Assembly (NCBI GenBank): GCA_038087875.1
Contig: JAXLNO010000449.1
Coordinates: forward strand, 1 to 34,309
Reading direction: 5' to 3'
DNA: 34,309 bases
Source of the DNA: Malacoraja senta
Taxonomy: Eukaryota
Made by a program: the position numbers and the translations under genes. Positions 1 to 10,103 of this stretch are shown here, one piece after another. The notes under the pieces are model-generated. The model saw only the letters and a list, made by a program, of their open reading frames with translations. It was not told the origin of the DNA and did not search any database. Position 1 is the first letter of the stretch. Each line of letters begins with the position of its first letter.

Positions 1-445
1 GAAAGGAGAATTTAGGGCGTTAGGAGTGGAGTTAAAGAGAAGGACAGCAAAGGTAACAATCTCGGGATTACTGCCTGTGCCACGCGACAGTGAGAGTAGG
101 AATGGAGCGAGGTGGAGGATAAATGCGTGGCTGAAGGACTGGTGCAGAAGGCAGGGATTGAAATTTCTGGATCATTGGGACCTCTTTTGTGGAAGGTTCG
201 ACCTGTACAAAAAGAATGGGTTGCACTTGAACCTGAGGGGGACCGATATCCTGGCGGGGAGATCTGCAAAGGCTACTGGGGAGACTTTAAACTAGAATGG
301 TTGGGGGGAGGGACTCAAATACAGAATGCTATTAGACAATGTGTGAGCCAGGAGGCAGAGAAGGAAAGCACTCAGACCCAACATGTAGGGGGGAAAGAAG
401 AAAACAATAATAAACAGAGAATAAGAGGTGGTGGGGTTCTTAAAT
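1..445 (+). mobile_element. CR1 LINE fragment (family X): ORF1 SGNH-esterase C-terminus and start of ORF2
   Basis: ORF 26-295 has ISGLLPVPR...FLDHWDLF...GLHLN, the CR1 ORF1 esterase motifs; DNA closely matches the reverse complement of about 33280-33720. Confidence 0.9.
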
Positions 446-3400
446 GGGTGAGCAGAGAAACCGAGGGGTGTAAAATGCGGCGGAAGCAATAGGTAGCAAG
501 GTGAAAAGTAAAAGTGGCAGGCAGACAAATCCAGGGCAAAAATCAAAAAGAGCCACTTCTCAACATAATTGTATAAGGGGTAAGAGCGTTGTAAAAACAA
601 GCCTGAAGGCTTTGTGTCTCAATGCAAGGAGCATTCGTAATAAGGTGGATGAGTTGAAAGTGCAGATAGCAATTAATGATTATGATATAGATGGGATCAG
701 GGAGACATGGCTCCAGGGTGACCAAGGCTGGGAGCTGAACATCCAGGGATATTCAATATTCAATATTCAGGAGGGATAGAGAGAAAGGAAAAGGAGGTGG
801 GGTAGCGTTGCTGGTTAGAGAGGAGATTCACGCAGTGGAAAGGAAGGACATTAGCTTGGAGGATGTGGAATCGGTATGGGTAGAGCTGCGAAACACTAAG
901 GGGCAGAAAAGGCTGGTGGGTGTTGTGTACAGGCCACCTAGCAGTAGTAGTGAAGTTGGGGATGGCATCAAACAGGAAATTAGAAATGCGTGCAACAAAG
1001 GCAAAACAGTTATAATGGGTGACTTCAAGCTACATACAGATTGGGTGAATCAAATTGGCAGGGGTGCTGAGGAAGAGGATTTCTTGGAATGTATGCGGGA
1101 TAGTTATCTAAACCAACATGTAGAGGAACCAACGAGAGAGCAGGCTATTCTAGACTGGGTATTGAGTAATGAGGAAGGGTTAGTTAGCAGTCTTGTTGTG
1201 CGTGCCCCCTTGGGCAAGAGTGACCATAATATGGTTGAGTTCTTCATTAGGATGGAGAGTGACATTGTTAATTCAGAAACAACGGTTCTGAACTTAAAGA
1301 AAGGTAACTTTGAGGGTATGAGACGTGAATTGGCCAAGATTGACTGGCAATTAGTTCTAAAAGGGTTGAAGGTGGATATGCAAGGGAAGGCATTTAAAGA
1401 CTGCATGGATGAACTACAAAAATTGTTCATCCCAGTTTGGCAAAAGAATAAATCAGGGAAGGTAGTGCATCCGTGGATAACAAGGGAAATCAGGGATAGT
1501 ATCAAAGCAAAAGATGATGCGTACAAATTAGCCAGAAAAAGCAGCATACCAGAGGACTGGGAGAAATTCAGAGACCAACAGAGGAGGACAAAGGGCTTAA
1601 TTAGGAAAGGGAACATAAAGACTGACTGCAAACGTTTTTATAGATATGTGAAGAGAAAGAGATTAGTTAAAACAAATGTAGGTCCCTTGCAGTCAGAAAC
1701 AGGTGAATTGATCATGGGGAACAAGGATATGGCGGACCAATTGAATAACTACTTTGGTTCCGTCTTCACTGAGGAAGACATAAATAATCTGCCGGAAATA
1801 GCAGTGACTTGGAAAGGAGATGGAGGAACTGAGATAAATCCAGGTTAGTCGGGAAGTGGTATTGGGTAAATTGAATGGATTAAAGGCCGATAAATCACCA
1901 GGGCCAGATAGGCTGCATCCCAGAGTACTTAAGGAAGTAGCTCCAGAAATAGTGGATGCATTAGTGATAATTTTTCAAAACTCCTTAGATTCTGGAGTAG
2001 TTCCTGAGGATTGGAGGGTAGCAAACGTAACCCCACTTTTTAAGAAGGGAGGGAGAGAGAAAACGGGGAATTACAGACCAGTTAGTCTAACATCGGTAGT
2101 GGGGAAACTGCAAGAGTCAGTTATTAAAGATGGGATAGCAGCACATTTGGAAAGTGGTGAAATCATTGGACAAAGTCAGCATGGATTTACGAAAGGTAAA
2201 TCATGTCTGACGAATCTTATAGAATTTTTCGAGGATGTAACTAGTAGAGTGGATAGGGGAGAACCAGTGGATGTGTTGTATCTGGACTTTCAGAAGGCTT
2301 TCGACAAGGTACCACATAAGAGATTAGGATACAAACTTAAATCACACGGTATTGGGGGTTCAGTATTCATGTGGATAGAGAACTGGCTGGCAAACAGGAA
2401 GCAAAGAGTAGGAGTAAACGGGTCCTTTTCACAATGGCAGGCAGTGACTAGTGGGGTACCGCAAGGCTCAGCGCTGGGACCCCAGCTATTTACAATCTAT
2501 ATTAATGATCTGGACGAGGGAATTGAAAGCAACATCTCCAAGTTTGCGGATGACACTAAGCTGGGGGGCAGTGTTAGCTGTGAGGAGGATGCTAGGAGAC
2601 TGCAAGGTGACTTGGATAGGCTGGGTGAGTGGGCAAATGTTTGGCAGATGCAGTATAATGTGGATAAATGTGAGGTTATCCACTTTGGTGGCAAAAACGG
2701 GAAGGCAGACTATTATCTAAATGGTGGCCGATTAGGAAATGGGGAGATGCAGCGAGACCTGGGTGTCATGGTACACCAGTCATTGAAAGTAGGCATGCAG
2801 GTGCAGCAGGCAGTGAAGAAAGCGAATGGTATGTTGGCTTTCATAGCAAGAGGATTTGAGTATAGGAGCAGGGAGGTTCTACTGCAGTTGTACAGGGTCT
2901 TGGTGAGACCGCACCTGGAGTATTGCGTACAATTTTGGTCTCCAAATCTGAGGAAGGACATTATAGCCATAGAGGGAGTGCAGAGAAGGTTCACCAGACT
3001 TTTTCCTGGGATGTCAGAACTTTCATATGAAGAAAGACTGGATAGACTTGGCTTATACTCGCTAGAATTTAGGAGATTGAGAGGGGATCTTATAGAAACA
3101 TACAAAATTCTTATGGGGTTGGACAGGCTAGATGCAGGAAGATTGTTCCCGATGTTGGAGAAGTCCAGGACAAGGGGGTCACAGCTTAAGGATAAGGGGG
3201 AAATCCTTTAAGACCGAGGTGAGGAAAAACCTTTTCACACAGAGAGTGGTGAATATCTGGAACTCTCTGCCACAGAGGGTAGTTGAGGCCAGTTCATTGG
3301 CTATATTAAAGAGGGAGTTAGATGTGGCCCTTGTGGCTAAGGGGATCAGGGGGTATGGAGAGAAGGCAGGTACGGGATACTGAGTTGGATGATCAGCCAT

Positions 3401-3486
3401 GATCATATTGAATGGCGGTGCAGGCTCCTAGGGCCGAATGGCCTACTCCTGCACCTATTTTCTATGTATCTATGTATCTATGTATC
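446..3486 (+). mobile_element. CR1 LINE (family Y), frameshifted ORF2 (APE endonuclease + reverse transcriptase) with 3' UTR and (TCTATGTA)n tail
   Basis: LCLNARSI, VYRPP, MGDF, SDH endonuclease motifs; [34 protein letters not shown] motifs; frameshifts near 751-780, about 1805-1850 and about 3178; octamer tail 3461-3486. Confidence 0.95.
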
Positions 3487-3945
3487 CCCTAACCCCATTC
3501 TCCTCCCCATAACTTCTGACACCCATACTAATCAAGAATCTATCTATCTCCGCCTAAATATATTAATTAACTTGGCCTCCACAGCCTTCTGTGCAAAGAA
3601 ATCTACAGATTTACCACACTGAGTGAGGAAATTCCACCTCATCTCCTTCCTAACGGAACGTCCTTTAATTCTGAGGCTGTGACCTCTGGTTCTGGACTCT
3701 CCCACTGGTGCAAACATCGTCTCCGCATTCACTCTATCCATTCCTTTCACTATTGGACGTTCCAATAAGGTCCCCTCCCCCCGCCCTCACCTTCTCCTTA
3801 GTCATAGCCACTCCACTAACGTCCACGCCCTGACTCTCTTGAATTTCAGGCACGTTGCTCTTGTCATCCACTGTGAAGACTGATGCAAGAAACGTTCTTC
3901 AATTCCTCTGCCATTTCTTTATTCCCATTATAACTTCTCCTGTGT
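3487..3945 (-). mobile_element. Degenerate CR1 3' fragments (antisense)
   Basis: Minus ORF 3544-3765 (KGMDRV...GESRTRGHSLRIKG) is the CR1 ORF2 C-terminus; copy at about 12988-13446. Confidence 0.8.
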
Positions 3946-4094
3946 CTTATTTTGTGTCTCATAAAGGAAAACGTTGCCTATTGAAAAATAACAAACTATT
4001 TACAGGAAAGGAAGCTCTTTTTTTATTATCGGAGTTGGTTTTGTTTGATGTAATCGTAAATATTCCTGAATAAGATAACGATATTTATCATGTG

Positions 4095-5097
4095 TAAGAA
4101 CGAACTGCAGATGCTCATAAGATCGAAAGTAGACACAAAATGCTTGTATAACTCATTGGGTGGAATCTATGGAACGAGGGAATGGGTGACGTTTCTGGTC
4201 GAGACCCTTCTTCAGACTAATGTCAGGGCAGGGGGCGGGACAAAGATAGAATGTAGGCGGAGACAGTATGACTAGTGGGAGCACTGGGAAGGGGAAGAGG
4301 AAGGAGAGAGAAAGCAAGGACTTCTGAAGTTGGAGAAGTCAATGTTCATACCACTGCAGTATGAACTACCCAAGCGAAATATGTGGTGCTAATCCTCCAA
4401 TTTGCGCTGGCCCTCACTCTGACAATGGAGGAGGCCCAGGACAGAAAGGTCAGATTGGGAATGGGAGGGAGATTTGAAGTGCTGGGCCACTAGGAGATCA
4501 GGTAGGTTAAGATGGACTGTTTAGGTCCTTGGATGGAGTCGAGGAGGGAAGTAAAGGGACAGGTGTTGCTTCTCCTGCGGTTGCAGGGGAAATTACCCGG
4601 GGAAGAGGTGGTTTGGTTGGGAAGGGACGAGTTGACCAGGGAGTTACGGAGGGAACGGTCTCTGCGGAAAGCAGAATAGGGTGGATATGGGAAGATGTGG
4701 CCAGTAGTGGGATCCCGTTGGAGGTGGCGAAAATGTTTGGATTGTATGCTGTATATTCCCCTGCAGCCACAGGAGATGCAACACCTGTCCCTTTACCTCC
4801 CCCTCGACTCCATCCAAGAAACTAATCAGTCTTTCCAGGTGAGGCAGAGGTTGACTTGCACATCCTCCAACCTCATCTACTGTATCCGCTGTACCAGGTG
4901 TCAATTTCTGTACATCGGTGAGACCAAGCGCAGGCTCGGCAATCGTTTCGCTGAACACCTCCGCTCAGTCCGTCTTAACCTATCTAATATCCCGGTGACC
5001 CAGCACTTCACCTCCCCCTCCCATACCCAATCTGACTCTTCTGTCCTGGGCCTCCTCCATTTCCAGGGTGGGGCCCAGCGCAAATTGGAGGATCAAC
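4095..5097. mobile_element. Penelope-like element (PLE) fragments in inverted arrangement, GIY-YIG endonuclease remnant
   Basis: TCTSSNLIYCIRC...YIGETKRRLGNRFAEHLRSV on + (about 4855-4970); about 4095-4740 is a minus-strand related copy ending in a hammerhead-like motif. Confidence 0.85.
4184..4219 (-). ncRNA. Minimal type I hammerhead ribozyme motif (PLE-associated)
   Basis: Minus strand reads AGU CUGAAGA A GGGUC UC GACCA GAAA CG UC ACCC: CUGANGA and GAAA cores, helix II, palindromic ACGU helix III; copy at 13685-13720. Confidence 0.65.
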
Positions 5098-6141
5098 GAT
5101 ATGTATCAATTTGTCGATATGGTCATTTGCAAAATCCAATTCCGATTCTTCTGGTCCTTTTAAATCTTTTCACCAATTCTTCAGATAGAATATTGGGCCA
5201 AGGGCAGATAAGGATGGAACCATAATGGTGGAAAGTGAGGGCGGAGTAGCAGCGACTGTGAAAGATAAAATCTGAGCCTCGATCGGACTCCACAGAGGAA
5301 GCAGGATTAAAGTGCAGTTGCCAATGCAATGATACGTGCCGGTCGCCCAGACTCTGGAATGGAGCCAAGAAATGGGAAACAAAAACACAAGTGAACGTAG
5401 ATAGGCCAGAAGCCAGCAGGAAGGATTACTGAATTTCAAATATATTGTGTCTATCTTTGGTATAAAGCAGGGTGTGCGGTTCATTTTTATCCGATTCATT
5501 CAACTGTTTCTTATAACTATTCTTTCCCGCTGCAGTCATATTCTGGCACTCCTAACGTCTTATCAACTGCTCCCACAAGTGGAATTTATTGCGAGTAGTC
5601 AGGGGACTTTGATCCTCGCGTTTAGTGTTCCTTATATGATACTGCAGAGCGCACTTTTGAACAAGGACATTGAATCAGGAAGAACAAGAACGCAAAATGG
5701 CTTCAACACAGCTGGTTGAGAGTTTAACAGAAGAACTAATTTGTCCCATCTGCCTGGAAATCTTCACCGATCCGGTTTCCCCGGAGTGCGGACACAACTT
5801 TTGCCGCGCCTGCATCCCAGAGTGTTGGGAGAGAGAGGGGAGAAACTCCTGCCCGGAATGTAGAGCGGAGTTTGCAGACCGCACCCTCACGATGAATTGG
5901 GCCTTGTCAAGCCTGGCTGAGAAAACTCAACAATTAAAGCTGAATCAGAAAGAGAAGAAAACTAAACTTCACTGCGAGAAACATCAGGAAGAACTGAAGC
6001 TGTTTTGTGAAACATGACAAGAAATTGGTCTGTATGATTTGTCGAGACGCGTGGGAACACAGAGAGCACCGCTGCATTCAGATAGAAGAAGCTGTTGAAA
6101 ACTACAAGGTAAAAGCAAATATCTTATGATCACATTAACTC

Positions 6142-6334
6142 CAAGGTAGACAACCGGGATATGGAGCGAAGGAAAAGATGATGTTTTGGGTAGAGACCCT
6201 TCTTCAGTCTGAAGAAGGGTCTTGACTCGAAAAGTTACCCATTCCTTCGCTCCATAGATGCTGCCTCACTCGCTGAGTTTCACCAGCATATTTGTCTACG
6301 TTCGATTTTTCCAGCAGCTGCAGTTCTTTCTTAA
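6142..6334. mobile_element. Short fold-back PLE-derived non-autonomous element in TRIM intron 1
   Basis: 10-bp direct repeat ACATTAACTC at 6132-6141 and 6335-6344; central palindrome AGACCCTTCTTCAG-T-CTGAAGAAGGGTCT (6194-6222). Confidence 0.8.
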
Positions 6335-7636
6335 ACATTAACTCTACATCGTTTTTCTCATATCCAAGTCTTCAATTTTGCTTTTTTTTACAAACCTATT
6401 TGTAGGATCAATTCTTCCATGGAATCTCTCACGAAAAAAAATTCAGAGATACAGGAAATGGAACAATTGCAGAAAACAAAGATTTCTGGAGTTAGGGTAA
6501 GGTCTCCGCCTTCGCTGTGTGATCCCGTGCAGATTTAACTCCCTTGTGGCAATATAATAATATCCACATTTGTCTTCACAGGAACAGTCCCGCAGTCTGC
6601 AGTCCCACATCACATCACAATTCACCAAAATGCGACAGATACTCTCTGAGGAAGATCAGCGTTTACTCAACGCCCTCAGGGAAGCAGAGGCGAAGAGTCT
6701 AGATATAATGGAGAAAAATCTTCAAGTAATTCAAGCGAACTTAAATTCCGTGCAGGAGAAACTCACAAAGATACAGGAACGGATGGATCAAAAAGACAGT
6801 GCGTTATTTCTAATGGTGAGAATTTATTTCCGGTTCAGGCCAATCCAAGTGCCCACAGAAAATGCGCAACTTCTCGGGAATAAGTGGAGACCTTGACACC
6901 AAATGGGTGATTATTCCTCTGTTTCCCAAGTTAAATATTACCTTGAAACTGACACGAAAATCCATTTTAGAGTTGCAAGTAAATATGTCCCGTGTGGTAC
7001 ACCTTTCCTGTCGATTGAAGTATTTTTGACAGACTACATTTTCTTCCTCTTTCTTCTTTGTCCTGTGGTCCCTCATCCTTTCTGCAACATTCCCGTGTTA
7101 TCTGTGCGTCAGAAGGTGTGATACTGCAGAATTTACAACAGGTTGCAACAATTAGTAGAACATCCCGCTGTGGGTTGTGTATGCTGTGTAAATCAATTAT
7201 AATTTGTCTTTTATTGATTTCAGGAGGAAATTAGTCGGAAGAGGAGGTAGGAAATGTTCTTCGTTGAAACCATGCATGATTTTACAAAATAACTCAGAAA
7301 ATCATTGTTGTTCATTCTGTAACCCAGCTGCTTATATTTATAGGGTTAGTGATGAGGAATACACGTTCTCTGTGGAAGATTGGGCACTGGTAGTTGCAAA
7401 ATTCGATCAACCATTTCTATTGAACGAAACGTTGAGCAAAATTTCCAGTGGTACTCCACAAGGTAATGTTGATATAATTTGTTTTTCTCATGTAAAGGAG
7501 ATCGCTAGATAATGGACACTTTAATTAAAACGTACAGCCACCTATACCGATATGCAACAAACATGCTTTCAAATCTATGTACCAGTGACGAATTTGTGCC
7601 TGTGATCACTATTCCAAGCAACGTTGACAGCATGGC

Positions 7637-7652
7637 AAACACACACATACAA

Positions 7653-7685
<33 letters not shown>

Positions 7686-7800
7686 CGCACACACGCACAC
7701 ACACACACGCACACACACTCACACACTCACACACTCACACACTCACACACACACACACACACACAGACACACACACACACACACATACAGATACACAGGC
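7637..7800. repeat. Compound (CA)n microsatellite
   Basis: CA runs interrupted by CG/CT/GA variants. Confidence 0.97.
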
Positions 7801-7951
7801 ACGCATACCAAATATCACTGAAACATACAAAGAGATATTGAGACACAGATGTCAAGGCCGTCGAAGGCGACGTTATATGTTTACAACATTATGCCCACTG
7901 GTAGGTTATAATATTAGTTAATAAATATTAAACAGCATATAATCATCCAAC

Positions 7952-8172
7952 AATTTCGCCACCAACGGGATCCCACTACTGGCCACATCTTCCCTTCTCC
8001 ACCCCTTTCTACTTTCTGCCTACAGCCGAGACAATTCCCTCCGTAACTCCCTGGTCAACTCGTCCCTTCCCACCCAAACCACCCACTGCGCAACCGCAGG
8101 AGATGCAACACCTGTCCGTTTACCTCCCCCCACGACTCCATGCAAGAACATAGACAGTCTTTCCAGGTGAGG
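7952..8172 (+). mobile_element. Penelope-like element fragment in last TRIM intron
   Basis: Homologous to the reverse complement of about 4530-4735 and to 4760-4845; copy at 17453-17673. Confidence 0.75.
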
Positions 8173-8248
8173 TCCCGGGCCGCTCTGCCAGAGTCGCCCC
8201 CCCCCCCGATCCCCGGGGACTCTCTGATTCTCTGATTCTACCCCCCAG

Positions 8249-8763
8249 TCTCCGTCACCCTGGATGTGGAAACGGTGTCTGAGGATCGGAAGAGTGTGAG
8301 GGGGACCCGGACCCGGAGGAGTCTCCCTGACACCGGGAAGAGGTTTACAGTCGGAGCGTGTTTGCTGGGATCGGAGGGATTCACATCGGGGAGACATTAC
8401 TGGGAGGTGGAGATGGCGGGGAATCGGGGCTGGAGTCTGGGAGTCGCCGCAGAGTCTGTGGAGAGGAAGAGACGGGTCACACTGACCCCGGAGACTGGAG
8501 TCTGGAGCATCGGGCGGTGGGATGACGTATTTGTTGCAGTCACCTCCCCTCAATCCCCTCTCCCTGCCTGTCCCAACCCCGGGAGGGTGGGAGTTTATCT
8601 CAGTTACGAGTCCGGGACAGTTTCATTTTACGACGCGGACACCAAGTCCCATCTCCACACCTTCACTGGGAATAAATTCACGGAGAAACTTTATCCTTTC
8701 TTCTGGACTTGGGATGAAAACCAGTGGCTGAGAATCTGCTCCGGTTCCGCTCCGGTTGTGTAA
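8249..8763 (+). pseudogene. PRY-SPRY (B30.2) terminal exon of TRIM copy A, frame open
   Basis: SVTLDVET, LGSEGFTSGRHYWEVE, RVGVYLSYESGTVSFYD, KLYPFF; acceptor CCCCCCAG at 8241-8248. Confidence 0.9.
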
Positions 8764-8905
8764 AAGGGTCGGGTCCCGGGACCGGCGTCAGGAGCGGGGC
8801 TCAGGGGCTGTGGAGCAGAAACCCGGTGGACAACAGGTCGGCGCTGAACGAACGGCTCCCATTTAATCCCCAAATTCCGTGTCGTGAAACCCCAGTGAGC
8901 GCGGA

Positions 8906-8948
8906 AATAAAGCCAGGGGGAATGTAAATGTGGGAAGAGTGAAATAAA
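8906..8948 (+). terminator. Two candidate AATAAA polyadenylation signals of TRIM copy A
   Basis: AATAAA at 8906-8911 and 8943-8948, 140-180 nt after the stop codon; copies at 18407-18449. Confidence 0.55.
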
Positions 8949-9548
8949 CTGCAACTGAAATCAGAGCTGTCTGTCGATCCGTTCATTTTAACGCGCTAAC
9001 CGCGTCCGGCAACGGAACAGAAATTACTTTTGTGAAAATATAAAGATTGAAACAATCGCCCTTCCCGCGGGTTCAGCAGCAGCCGCGGGCGGCGGGTCCT
9101 GAGCTCCGGGCTCCCCCGGGTCTTAAAATCCGTCGCGATATCGCGTTTATATTATGTCTGCAGCATTTCCACTTTCAACGCCAGATACATTTTCCTTGGA
9201 ACGGATGTTTTAAAGATTAGGTGCGTAAGAAATTCCAGGTTCCAGGTGAAAACCCGCAGGAATCAGGCTCCGTCTTCCTGTCTGTAGGATAAGTGGAGCA
9301 TTGTTTATTTCAGTCACAGCCAGACCGCTCCCTCGCCTCTCTCTCTCACCCTCGGCTACATCATGTTTGTATCAGCGCTGCTTCCTGCCCTCGTTCACCA
9401 CTTTAATGTCTCATCTTCCTCACTGCCTGTTTGGAACCGGCTCCCACTTTCACCGCTTGAGCTCCGACTGTTCCCTTCCCTTTCTCCGCTTCTCTGAATC
9501 CATGTCAGGGAAAAGGCGAGTAGCCAGAGTCCATTCCCAGTCAGCGGA

Positions 9549-9638
9549 CTCCAGAGATGCTGCCTGGCCTGGTGTGTTACTCTAGCATTTTGTGTCTATC
9601 CTCGGTTTAAACCAGCATCTGCAGTTCCTTCTTACACA
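9549..9638. mobile_element. Partial copy of the PLE-derived short element
   Basis: GATGCTGCC...TTACTCTAGCATTTTGTGTCTA...CCAGCATCTGCAGTTCCTTC matches the arms of 9889-10103. Confidence 0.7.
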
Positions 9639-9639
9639 G

Positions 9640-9871
9640 CGATCATCCATACACTAGTTCTACCCTACACACGGGGGACATTATAGAAGGCAAATAACCC
9701 ACAAACCTCTACGTCTTTGGAATGTAGACGGAAACCGCAGCTCCCGGAGAAAACCCACGCGGCCACATTGAGAACGTATCAACTCCGTACAGACAGCACC
9801 CGCAGTCAGGATCGCACCCGCGTGTCTGGGGCTGTGAGGCGGGAACTCTACCGCTACGCTGCCGTGCCACC
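9640..9871 (-). mobile_element. tRNA-derived V-SINE (HE1-like)
   Basis: Minus strand has A/B-box-like GGCAGCGTAGCGG and GGTGCGATCC, followed by the V-domain-like GCTGTCTGTACGGAGTT...GCGTGGGTTTTCTCCGGG. Confidence 0.8.
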
Positions 9872-9888
9872 TAATTGGACTAGAACTT

Positions 9889-10103
9889 TTTAGGAAGGAA
9901 CTGCAGATGCTGGTTTAAACCGAAGATAGACACAAAATGCTGGAGTAACTCAGAGGGACGGGCAGCATTTCTGGAGAGTGAGAATGGGTGACGTTTCGGG
10001 TCGAGGTCTCTGAAGAAGGGTCTCGGCCAGAAATGTCATCCATTCCCTCTCTCCGGTGATGCTGCCTGTCCAGCTGAGTTACTCCAGCATTTTGTGTCTA
10101 TCT
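9889..10103. mobile_element. Fold-back PLE-derived element with 14-bp TSD and hammerhead core
   Basis: TTGGACTAGAACTT at 9875-9888 and 10104-10117; long inverted arms; CTGAAGA at 10010-10016 followed by GGGTCTCGGCCA GAAA TGTC. Confidence 0.85.

Larger units (their letters stand above)
5697..8763 (+). pseudogene. TRIM (RING-Bbox-CC-PRY/SPRY; A33/NF7/TRIM39-like) pseudogene copy A; exons 5697-6108, 6406-6496, 6582-6815, 7224-7246, 7344-7462, 8249-8763
   Basis: C3HC4 RING CPIC...CGHNFCRAC...CPEC; B-box [13 protein letters not shown]; canonical GT-AG sites; exon sizes 412/91/234/23/119 versus 411/96/234/23/119 in the intact paralogue; TGA at 6015-6017. Confidence 0.9.

Noticed and set aside
1856..3211. 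Active reverse transcriptase, or a retron/DGR-like system coupled to the TRIM genes
   Set aside because: Ordinary CR1 ORF2 with frameshifts; no template/variable repeat pair with adenine-specific differences seen
7505..7841. His/Thr- and Cys/Val-rich ORFs (also 17006-17342)
   Set aside because: Translations of the CA microsatellite
9790..9871. tRNA gene
   Set aside because: A/B boxes belong to a degenerate SINE head followed by a V-domain; no cloverleaf
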